DNA of 64,000 bases from Candidatus Fermentithermobacillaceae bacterium (GTDB lineage Bacteria; Bacillota; Sulfobacillia; Fermentithermobacillales; Fermentithermobacillaceae), in assembly GCA_018052475.1 (NCBI GenBank), contig JAGPNG010000003.1, forward strand, positions 32,723-96,722, given 5' to 3'. The notes under the pieces are model-generated. The model searched no databases and had not been told where the DNA came from. It was given only the letters and a program-made list of their open reading frames with translations. The translations under genes and the position numbers were made by a program. Positions 56,445-64,000 of this stretch are shown piece by piece. Within the stretch, counting starts at the first letter, position 1. Every line of letters starts with the position of its first letter.

Positions 56445-56849
56445 TCAGATCTCCTCTTTTTCGGGTACCGTATTCTCGAGGAATTCAATTAGTTTCTCCA
56501 TGGTCTCGGGACTGACCGCATGCTCCATGAGACAGGCATCGTTCTCCGCAACCTTTTCGCCTACCCCTAATACGTCTACAAGGAATTTCCGCAAAACCCG
56601 ATGTCTTCTCTGAACCACCAAAGCACGCTTCCGCCCTTCAGGCGTAAGAAACACCTTCCCATAGCGCTCCTGCGTAACCAATCCCTTTTCCTTTAGGACG
56701 TTGAGAGCCGCAGTCACACTAGGTTTCGCTATTTGAAGTCTCTCTGCAATATCAGTAACCCTTACTGATTGGTCTTGAGGATCGATCTCCGAAAGCGCCA
56801 AAATAGCTTCGAGATAATCTTCTATTGACGATGAAAGTTCAAAATCCAA
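56445..56849 (-). CDS. DtxR/MntR family metal-dependent transcriptional repressor
   Basis: IEDYLEAI, wHTH VTDIAERLQIAKPSVTAALNVLKEKGLV, and the dimerisation helix RHRVLRKFL. Confidence 0.85.
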   Translation of the reverse strand: MDFELSSSIEDYLEAILALSEIDPQDQSVRVTDIAERLQIAKPSVTAALNVLKEKGLVTQERYGKVFLTPEGRKRALVVQRRHRVLRKFLVDVLGVGEKVAENDACLMEHAVSPETMEKLIEFLENTVPEKEEI

Positions 56850-56981
56850 AGGAAGCCTCCACTCCTTAAGTTAATTAATCTACGCTCTATTCGTTCCATG
56901 ATGAGGATAGATTCTAGAAGCGTTAGAAATTCTCCTGTTTTGCATCTTGCTTCCTATTGACAAATGTAGTATATAATATTG

Positions 56982-57000
56982 TTAGGTTAGACTAACAATG
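56982..57000 (+). promoter_or_regulatory. DtxR/IdeR-type iron box overlapping the feoB promoter
   Basis: TTAGGTTAGACTAACAATG matches 14 of 19 positions of the consensus TTAGGTTAGGCTAACCTAA. It begins 5 nt downstream of the TATAAT at 56972-56977. Confidence 0.65.
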
Positions 57001-57135
57001 GTAGGCGGGCATGCTAAGGAAGAGGCTCGGACGGGGGTAAACCGGATGCAGGCAGGACACAACACAGTTACAAATAGACAAACTATCGATTTGACTAAAG
57101 AGACAGATTCTTGTTCTGAGCGCTCTGGCGCAATA

Positions 57136-59142
57136 ATGAATATCGCTCTCGTCGGGCAACCCAATGTCGGCAAAAGCGTAATTATGAATCTTCTTACCGG
57201 TGCAGGCGCCATGGTTTCAAACTACCCGGGTACTACGGTTGAAATCACCGAAGGCTACTTCCCTACACCTGCAGGCAAGGTGCGAATAATCGACACACCG
57301 GGTATATATAGCCTACACTCAGACACCGAAGAGCAGAAAGTGACGCAAAGGATTCTGCTTGAAGAAAACGTAGACATGATAATAAATGTCGTAGACGCCA
57401 GAAATCTATCGCGGAACCTTTATCTCACCCTCCAGCTATTGGAACTAAACATCCCTTTAATCTTGGTATTAAACCAAATGGACATGGCGGAAGAACTGGG
57501 TATGGAAATCGATGTGGGTTCTCTCTCGCGTATCCTGGGCGTACCGGTCCTAACCATGGTAGCCGCCAAGGGCAAGGGGTTAGAGAAACTTGAAACAATG
57601 ATCTCTAAAGTAGCCGAGCATTCGAAGGATACTCGGCCTGATGAAAGGCATGTGCCTTTTTTTAATCGAGTGCCTAAAGAGGATCTACTGACCTACTCAG
57701 AACCAGTTGAAAAGGTCTTATACATGCTTCAGAGCCGTATTGAAGATACGGTCCCGAAAGAAGAAGGCAAACACAGGCTTCACCCACCCAGAGCTCTTGC
57801 CATTCACCTCATGGAACACGATACCTTAGACGAGGACATTTTCCACACTTATCCCGAACTCGCCGAAGTTGTAGAGAGCTTTCAGAAGGATCTCTCAAAT
57901 GGGCACATGGTATGCGAAAACTGCTTTAGGGGATGCGCATTTTGTCCTGCGCGGGAAGAGTCTCACCCGCCTCTTAGGACATGTATCGAAAGAACACAAA
58001 AAGCACGCGAAATTGCGTTACAAGTTGTAAGATACACGCCAAAAAGCTCCCTTTCCCGTAGGGCACGCATAGAGAAATTTCTGGATAAGCCGTCGACTGG
58101 CATCCCTACACTAATACTAATAACCCTAGTTTCGCTTAAATTAATCTTTTCGTTCTTGAAATTTGCTGAAACCTTTGTCCCATGGGCGCTGGCGCCACTT
58201 GTCAATGCAATCACCAGGTTGGCTCACAATTTCCCTCCCGGCAGCGTCCCCGAAATCCTGATTTCTGCCATACCGGAGGGTCTGCTTCTCCCCTTTGAAG
58301 TAGTTATGCCTACAATGATATCCATCTATTTCATAATGGCTCTTTTGGAAGACTCCGGACTGATGCCTAGAATTGCAGTGATGATGGATAGCGTTATGTC
58401 ACTACTCAAGTTACCGGGGCAAGCAATAATCCCGATCGTGCTTGGCTTCGGATGCAGGGCTCCTGGCGTTCTGGCAACAAGGGCTCTGCCTAACCGACAA
58501 TCCCGGTTAGTTGTAACTGCCCTTCTTGCGATCCCCATACCCTGCGCTGCTACCATCGGAATTACTGCCGGAGTAGCTAAAACGTTCGGCGCAAGCCTGT
58601 GGGTAATTTACGGTTCTGTAGCGGTCGTTTTTGTGTTGCTTGCGCGCTTACTTGCGAAGTATCTAAAAACCGATTACCAACTGATACTTGAGATACCACC
58701 CATACAATTCCCATCGCTCAAAGGTGTAGGTATAAAGGTATGGATGAGGTTGGAAGGTTTTTTTAAGCAGGTATTGCCTGTATTAATCTTGACGAGCATA
58801 GGGATAAAAATACTTCTGAACTCTGGAGCTCTTGATGTTCTAAGCAGACTTGATCCTATTAGCATAAAGATATTCGGGATTAGGGGGCAGTCCCTCGCAG
58901 CCGTTGCAGTTACTGTAGTTCAACGGTATGCGGCACCGATGGTACTATTGAACCTGCCTTTGAGCGCCCGTGAAGCTACCATAGCTACATCCATGATAGC
59001 TCTTTCAATGCCGTGCTTACCGGTATCAATTCTGGTGTTGAGAGAATTCGGGTGGAAAACACTGGTTCGAGTATTTGTGACTGCCATACTGATATCGCTG
59101 ACAGTAGGAATCACCTTAAACCTCCTACTGCCTGTATTCTGA
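57136..59142 (+). CDS. feoB: ferrous iron transporter FeoB
   Basis: G-domain NIALVGQPNVGKS, DTPG and NQMD, followed by a polytopic membrane domain. The start is ambiguous: the ATG at 57136 is where homology begins, but the ATG at 57046 has the better SD (GGGGG). Confidence 0.9.
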   Translation: MNIALVGQPNVGKSVIMNLLTGAGAMVSNYPGTTVEITEGYFPTPAGKVRIIDTPGIYSLHSDTEEQKVTQRILLEENVDMIINVVDARNLSRNLYLTLQLLELNIPLILVLNQMDMAEELGMEIDVGSLSRILGVPVLTMVAAKGKGLEKLETMISKVAEHSKDTRPDERHVPFFNRVPKEDLLTYSEPVEKVLYMLQSRIEDTVPKEEGKHRLHPPRALAIHLMEHDTLDEDIFHTYPELAEVVESFQKDLSNGHMVCENCFRGCAFCPAREESHPPLRTCIERTQKAREIALQVVRYTPKSSLSRRARIEKFLDKPSTGIPTLILITLVSLKLIFSFLKFAETFVPWALAPLVNAITRLAHNFPPGSVPEILISAIPEGLLLPFEVVMPTMISIYFIMALLEDSGLMPRIAVMMDSVMSLLKLPGQAIIPIVLGFGCRAPGVLATRALPNRQSRLVVTALLAIPIPCAATIGITAGVAKTFGASLWVIYGSVAVVFVLLARLLAKYLKTDYQLILEIPPIQFPSLKGVGIKVWMRLEGFFKQVLPVLILTSIGIKILLNSGALDVLSRLDPISIKIFGIRGQSLAAVAVTVVQRYAAPMVLLNLPLSAREATIATSMIALSMPCLPVSILVLREFGWKTLVRVFVTAILISLTVGITLNLLLPVF

Positions 59143-59178
59143 GAAAACCTTGGGCACACCTAAGAAAGGAGAACCATC

Positions 59179-59430
59179 ATGACCCTCCTAGACGCGAAGC
59201 CTGGTGATATAGTAATAATCGAAGAATCTAGTCTGGGTAGATCGGCCGAAAAGAGGCTATGGGATCTCGGTCTTTTGCCTGGCACAAAAGCCAGAGTTAT
59301 CTGCTCCCATCCATTCAAAGGACCTATATTACTGGAAGTAGATAACACAAGCTTAGCAATAGGCCGAAGACTTGCTCAGAAAATACGTGTTAGGCCGTGC
59401 CCAACGGCACAAGAATGCGAGCAGAAGTAG
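59179..59430 (+). CDS. feoA: FeoA family protein
   Basis: An 83-aa SH3-like FeoA sequence (GDIVIIEE...RLWDLGLLPGTKARV). Confidence 0.85.
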   Translation: MTLLDAKPGDIVIIEESSLGRSAEKRLWDLGLLPGTKARVICSHPFKGPILLEVDNTSLAIGRRLAQKIRVRPCPTAQECEQK

Positions 59431-59538
59431 AAAAGACCTCCAATAGGCTCTAGTCGAAGATAGATCCGCGGGCACAAAGGGCGGTAACTGCTTGGCACCC
59501 GCCTTGGTAATCAATACAACAATTAGGGGATGAGTTAG

Positions 59539-60372
59539 TTGGCAAATGAACATAAGGACAATTCTCAGGACCAGTCGCAGAAGGTCTTGGGAAGAGACAA
59601 GCTGGAGCAACCAGATAACAGTCACATCCGACGAGTGATCGCAGTAGCAAGTGGCAAAGGTGGTGTAGGAAAGTCCTCCGTATCGGCGCTACTTGCTTCT
59701 GAAACCAGGAAGAAAGGCTTCAATGTCGGGATCTTGGATGCTGATGTAACAGGTCCAAGCATTCCAAAGCTGTTCGGACTAAAAGGTAATCCATCCACAT
59801 TAGGGACACAGCTCCTTCCTGAAATGAGCGCGTCTTCGATCAGGATAATGTCTTTGAATTTGCTTTTACAAAGCGAGGATGATCCGGTTATATGGCGCGG
59901 ACCCCTACTTGCAGGCGTGATCAAGCAGTTGTGGAAGGACGTTTTGTGGGGAGACATCGATTACATGATCATCGATCTACCACCTGGGACAGGAGACATA
60001 CCACTTACTGCCTTTCAATCTCTGCCAATTGACGGGGTGATAATAGTCTCAACGCCTCAGGAACTCTCTGAACTCATCGTCAAGAAAGCAGTTGGTATGG
60101 TTCGCATGTTTGATATTCCCATACTAGGTCTAGTTGAGAACATGTCTTGGATTAAATGCCCTAACTGTGGTGAGAAAATCGAACCCTTCGGCCCAAATAG
60201 AGCACACACCATAGCCCAATCGATGGGATTAGACATTCTCGGGTCACTGCCGCTTGATCCCAGGATCAGCATCCTAGGTGACCAGGGAAGGATTGAGGAG
60301 TATTCATGTTCTGAACTGCAAAGTATCGTCGATGGAATTCTCGCAAAATCGGAAACGGCACTCAGCCAATAG
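59539..60372 (+). CDS. Mrp/NBP35/ApbC-type Fe-S cluster carrier ATPase
   Basis: ASGKGGVGKS deviant Walker A, DLPPGTGD and CPNCG motifs. TTG start after AGGGGA. Confidence 0.88.
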   Translation: MANEHKDNSQDQSQKVLGRDKLEQPDNSHIRRVIAVASGKGGVGKSSVSALLASETRKKGFNVGILDADVTGPSIPKLFGLKGNPSTLGTQLLPEMSASSIRIMSLNLLLQSEDDPVIWRGPLLAGVIKQLWKDVLWGDIDYMIIDLPPGTGDIPLTAFQSLPIDGVIIVSTPQELSELIVKKAVGMVRMFDIPILGLVENMSWIKCPNCGEKIEPFGPNRAHTIAQSMGLDILGSLPLDPRISILGDQGRIEEYSCSELQSIVDGILAKSETALSQ

Positions 60373-60420
60373 CGCAATCGCACATAGGAAACAAACGTGA
60401 GATACCAGCGGAATTCTTCT

Positions 60421-60468
60421 AACAGGTAGGATGGTGACCGTAATCCTCCCTCCTACCTGTTTTGTGTT
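60421..60468 (+). terminator. intrinsic terminator after mrp
   Basis: AACAGGTAGGA...TCCTACCTGTT stem followed by TTTGTGTT. Confidence 0.65.
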
Positions 60469-60498
60469 CACCTTGATACTGACCCTACCTTAGTGTTG

Positions 60499-61173
60499 CT
60501 AGAGTAATTCGGCTACAGTACGGGCAACTATTGAGCGTGCCAAGACAATAGGAACCCCGAGAATATCCTTCACGGCCTCCTTAGCCGCAATGGTATATCC
60601 TATACAATCGAGGACTCCTATCTGAACATCTGATTTCTTCAAGGCCGCAGCTGCTGCCGCAATCTCGTCCATTGATCTATACGGGGAAGCCGCGTGTACA
60701 TGAACCGATGGACTAACCCTTGACCATCTGAGTTTTGCGTGTTCAATCTGGTCTTCATCTGGGATAAAGACGCCCAACCTCATCCCTTCACCAACTGATT
60801 TGACCACATTGAACAGTACTCTCTCTGGCCTAATAACCAGTTTACTGCTGCGAAACTGGGGAAACTCGCCTGTACAAACCAACGCGATGATTTGGGCCCC
60901 TTTCGCTTCCAACTCGCCGATCTTCTCTTGCATCTTGGGCACAATGTACTTCTCGGCGATTTTCACCTGAGTTCCGTCCCTCATCCTGGTCACGAGCACA
61001 TAATCCCCCGGTTCAGGATATAGTTTCGCTACTTCATCAAGGGTCATACCATCCAAGGCACCTGCTTCAATTACGTCAACGTCATCTCCAAGAAACGGCA
61101 TCATCTCCGGTATTAGGTCGTACCGAGGCGACTGACCAATAGTAACCGTGCCCAGAACTTTCTTTTTGCACAT
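60499..61173 (-). CDS. AroM family protein (function unknown)
   Basis: From memory it aligns along its length with E. coli AroM (TIGQSPR..., VLDCIGY..., PIVLARSIVARTVAELL). Confidence 0.7.
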   Translation of the reverse strand: MCKKKVLGTVTIGQSPRYDLIPEMMPFLGDDVDVIEAGALDGMTLDEVAKLYPEPGDYVLVTRMRDGTQVKIAEKYIVPKMQEKIGELEAKGAQIIALVCTGEFPQFRSSKLVIRPERVLFNVVKSVGEGMRLGVFIPDEDQIEHAKLRWSRVSPSVHVHAASPYRSMDEIAAAAAALKKSDVQIGVLDCIGYTIAAKEAVKDILGVPIVLARSIVARTVAELL

Positions 61174-61221
61174 GATTTCCCCACCTATTCAGCTAGTCAT
61201 GAAATAAAGGTTCTTGGTGCT

Positions 61222-62163
61222 TTATCGCTCAATAGCGCCGGGCGTCTGAAAGTGCTTGAGCGTCCCATAAAGGCGCACGAGGGTCTCAAATTCATCCTCG
61301 TCAAAGAGAGAGTATTGGCGTGCGCCAAAGCCCTTTGCAACTTCAATGGAAAAACGAACAACTTGTTCAATATCGACTACATGGCTGGCTCCTGTGGCAC
61401 AACCAGGAACAGCCGTTTCTGTGGTAATGGCAACTCCGACTACTGGAGCAGACGTTGCGGTAGCTGGCTGAAGGATGCTATTCAAATGATATACGCCATT
61501 TCCATAGGGCGTTATATCCTGAATCGTCACGGGAAAAGTCACAGGCAGTTTACCTGTCACAATGCTCATCACCTCAAGCAAATCTTCGGATATTCGCAAG
61601 ATATAGCCTTCCTTGACCGTGGGAGAAATCGCAAAACCTTTGTGATTTATGACCCTGTTACCTTTGGTCGTATCGATTGATAGGATCGCGTCCATCCCTG
61701 AGTCTACTTCATATCTATTCATGATCTCCATATTCACAGGCGATCCCATAAATGGCACAGGGTCATGCGGTTGAGTAGGCGCATTGGGACAAACATGAGT
61801 AGTTACGATAACGTCTCCTGGCAGAACATCACCTTTTTCGGCCATATGTGCCAATTTGATGGCAACTGCCAAAGCCGAGACTGCCCCATCGCCATCAGAT
61901 ACCAATCCAATCATCTCAGGCCGAGCTCCTATTCCACCGAGCCGCCCTATCACGCCCAAAGTAGGTGCATCACCTCCCGAACTCTTTCCGTGAGAACCGG
62001 GAATTACAACTTTTATAAAGTCGGTACACCCACTGTCCCCGCGGATTGTTGCAAACTCACCGTGGGGTAAGCCTAAACACCTTAGATACTCTATAACCTC
62101 TTTGCCACTGACTTGTGCGCTATCTAGCAGTGAAATTGCCTCAAGTGTAGACCTGAAACTCAC
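61222..62163 (-). CDS. conserved protein of unknown function (recalled as DUF1177 family)
   Basis: 313 aa with GRLGGIGARP and SDGDGA motifs. The family name is from memory and was not searched. Confidence 0.45.
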   Translation of the reverse strand: MSFRSTLEAISLLDSAQVSGKEVIEYLRCLGLPHGEFATIRGDSGCTDFIKVVIPGSHGKSSGGDAPTLGVIGRLGGIGARPEMIGLVSDGDGAVSALAVAIKLAHMAEKGDVLPGDVIVTTHVCPNAPTQPHDPVPFMGSPVNMEIMNRYEVDSGMDAILSIDTTKGNRVINHKGFAISPTVKEGYILRISEDLLEVMSIVTGKLPVTFPVTIQDITPYGNGVYHLNSILQPATATSAPVVGVAITTETAVPGCATGASHVVDIEQVVRFSIEVAKGFGARQYSLFDEDEFETLVRLYGTLKHFQTPGAIER

Positions 62164-62178
62164 GTACTAACACCTCCT

Positions 62179-63159
62179 TCAAACCGTAGGTTTCTCAAGA
62201 AACGTTAATTTACCCGAATCACTATTCCCAAGGTCCGCCGTAATCTCTACGCGTACGCCCAAAGGGAGCACTCCATTGTATTTGCCATGTCCGCCAGGAA
62301 TGCCAGTCAAACATGGCTTGCCGTTTCCGCCGAAATACTGGCTCAGTACTTCTTCTACTGAAAACGAAGGTCTTTCCGGGTCGGGATCACTTTCGCAATC
62401 TGTGAAATCTCCAAGACAAAAACCTTCTGCATCGTCCAGTTTTCCCGAGAGTCTAAGTTGGCATAGCATCCGGTCTATCCTGTATGGCTTCTCGCTTACA
62501 TCTTCTAGGAAGAGAATACACCCTTTGGTCTGGATCTCCCACGGAGTACCTATGGTTGAAGCAACCAACGAGAGGTTCCCGCCAACAAGTCTGCCCGAAG
62601 CTTTGCCTTGTTCCAAAACAGTCAACCCTGCCGGTCGCTGGACATCGTCTGATGGCACCTCAACCGGAACAGGTATCTCACCGAGAGTCCTCTTGCCAAA
62701 CAGGACGTCCCTAAGGCAGGCAAGGTTGTATCCTTCCATTTTAGACGTCCATACTTCCATTACAGGCCCATGAAAGGTGACGAGATTCGCTTCCTTCCAT
62801 AACGCAAGATGAAGTGCCGTAATGTCAGAATACCCCATCAATATCTTCGGATGTGCTCTAATACAATCGAAATCCAAAAGAGGAAGTATGCGCATAGCTC
62901 CATAACCACCCCTTGCAGCAATTACTGCCTTTACCTCAGGATCCGACCAGGCTTGCATAAAATCCGATGCTCTTTCCTCGTCTTTTCCCGCTAGGTAGCC
63001 CCATCGTTGCATAACGGAATTGCCCATCTTCACTTTGAGACCCAACTCCTCAAACAGCCTCACTCCACGCTCAAGGGACTCCCTTCGAACAGGACCGGAC
63101 GGAGCTACCACTGCAACTGTATCGCCGCTTTCTAGGGCCCTAGGCTTCACTACGTCCAA
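62179..63159 (-). CDS. ldcA: S66 LD-carboxypeptidase (LdcA/MccF family)
   Basis: Nucleophile motif MGYSDITALH and C-terminal GGHG with Glu/His partners. Confidence 0.85.
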   Translation of the reverse strand: MDVVKPRALESGDTVAVVAPSGPVRRESLERGVRLFEELGLKVKMGNSVMQRWGYLAGKDEERASDFMQAWSDPEVKAVIAARGGYGAMRILPLLDFDCIRAHPKILMGYSDITALHLALWKEANLVTFHGPVMEVWTSKMEGYNLACLRDVLFGKRTLGEIPVPVEVPSDDVQRPAGLTVLEQGKASGRLVGGNLSLVASTIGTPWEIQTKGCILFLEDVSEKPYRIDRMLCQLRLSGKLDDAEGFCLGDFTDCESDPDPERPSFSVEEVLSQYFGGNGKPCLTGIPGGHGKYNGVLPLGVRVEITADLGNSDSGKLTFLEKPTV

Positions 63160-63388
63160 AATCCCACTCCTCCCTTCTTGTCATCCTAACTCTCTTGCTC
63201 TCTCACTTACACACTTAGAACAAGTTCGCCTACAAGCCCCTTATTTCCTCTAACAAATGCGCACTTAGTGATGACATAAACCCACTGAAGTATCAACAAG
63301 TTGCATTAGATGTAGAGAAGTGCAATCATATTCCTGATGCATCTTTGCGAATTCGTAGAACACTACGTATTGAAGGAGGCAAACCAAA

Positions 63389-63727
63389 ATGGCAGTTTAC
63401 GATAAGGCATATGAACTGGCTAGGGAGATTAAAGAGAGCCCGGAGTACAAAGAGTATCAAGAAGCCAAACAGGCCATTGAAGGAAGCGAGTCTGCCCTCC
63501 AAATCCTAAGGGATTATTGGGAGCAGCAACTTTCAATCCAAACAGCGCTTTTGACCGGGAGACAACCCGACGAGAAAATCCAGGAGAGTTTCAGCAAAAC
63601 TCAAGAGATCATAAGCATGCACGGACCGATCCAAAGGTTCATGCGAGCCGAAAAACAGATCCTTACTGTGCTAGCGGATATTCAGAAAATTCTCAGCGAT
63701 TCTTTGGATCTATTGGACTACACTTAG
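63389..63727 (+). CDS. YlbF/YmcA (YheA/UPF0342) family regulatory protein
   Basis: All-helical 112-aa protein. AYELAREIKESPEYKEYQEAK is typical of the family. Confidence 0.78.
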   Translation: MAVYDKAYELAREIKESPEYKEYQEAKQAIEGSESALQILRDYWEQQLSIQTALLTGRQPDEKIQESFSKTQEIISMHGPIQRFMRAEKQILTVLADIQKILSDSLDLLDYT

Positions 63728-63743
63728 AAGTCTCTCACCCAAA

Positions 63744-64000
63744 TCACTCTATCAATCCTAGGTCCATTAACAACTTTTCGATTTCTGAGTACTCGCGATA
63801 TCCGGGAGAGGTCTCTTTGACAGTTCCTTCCGCATCAAACAATACAAGAGTAGGGACTCCTTGGATTTTGTATGCTGACGCTGTATCCGGATACATTTCG
63901 GCATTCATTTTGAGTACAAGAATTTTATCTCCGTACTTAGCGTTCAACTCTGAAAGCTCATCTTCCATCCTTGCACAATAGGGACAAAACTTCGTATAGA
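63744..64000 (-). CDS. thioredoxin-fold protein with CPYC active site (5-prime end beyond the window)
   Basis: Manual extension of the frame gives ...YTKFCPYCARMEDELSEL...QGVPTLVLF (cis-Pro loop). The gene is truncated by the window edge. Confidence 0.7.
   Translation of the reverse strand, partial: YTKFCPYCARMEDELSELNAKYGDKILVLKMNAEMYPDTASAYKIQGVPTLVLFDAEGTVKETSPGYREYSEIEKLLMDLGLIE

Noticed and set aside
56957-56977. TTGACA (56957-56962) plus TATAAT (56972-56977) as a consensus promoter.
   Set aside because: The spacer is only 9 nt, so the two hexamers cannot act together. TTGCTT (56947-56952, 19-nt spacer) is a weaker but geometrically possible -35.
57001-57135. Considered a metal (czcD/NiCo-type) riboswitch in the feoB leader because of the CGGGCA and GCAGGACACAACACAG strings.
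   Set aside because: The resemblance is only fragmentary and from memory, with no convincing four-way-junction pairing. The region may instead be coding (alternative start at 57046).
1-64000. Scan for CRISPR arrays, rRNA/tRNA genes, IS elements, integrases, phage genes or toxin-antitoxin pairs.
   Set aside because: None recognised. There are no tandem spaced repeats and no transposase, recombinase or phage-like ORFs.

Overview
The window looks like chromosome from a Firmicutes/Clostridia-grade anaerobe. That assignment is inferred from gene content and synteny only; no searches or alignments could be run, and all motif comparisons are from memory.

Positions 1-25.3 kb form one almost entirely minus-strand housekeeping supercluster. 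In transcription order it reads mihF-gmk-rpoZ-coaBC-priA-def/fmt-Zn peptidase-rsmB-rlmN-stp-pknB-rsgA-rpe, then (rpmB on the plus strand), then asp23-yloV-recG-coaD-coiled-coil protein-ylbL-like-yceD-rpmF, then fapR-plsX-fabH-degV-fabD-fabG.

Positions 25-64 kb are mixed-strand accessory metabolism dominated by peptidases and amino-acid enzymes. These include three M20 enzymes, S9, S15 CocE/NonD, S66 LD-carboxypeptidase, a C39-like protein, a tryptophanase/TPL-type lyase, a split FtcD and an Orn/Lys/Arg decarboxylase. The region also holds a cobalamin riboswitch with an orphan ECF S component, and a DtxR-box-controlled feoB-feoA-mrp unit. I recognised no rRNA, tRNA, CRISPR array, transposase, integrase or phage gene.

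The best candidate for an undescribed system is the tightly packed minus-strand cluster at 42.9-48.6 kb. It contains a DapF-like protein whose second catalytic Cys reads Ser, a DMT/EamA transporter, and a strongly divergent split glycine-decarboxylase-P-like alpha/beta pair with no gcvT, gcvH or glycine riboswitch. An SDR oxidoreductase completes the cluster.

Other sequence-supported oddities:
- an in-frame Def-Fmt fusion;
- a PriA with intact Zn fingers but degenerate helicase motifs I, II, V and VI;
- an actinobacterial-type mIHF in a Firmicute-type gene order;
- an SPFH protein coupled to a CocE/NonD hydrolase instead of NfeD;
- an LdcA-DUF1177-AroM operon;
- a CxxCxxxCxxCP motif inside FeoB.
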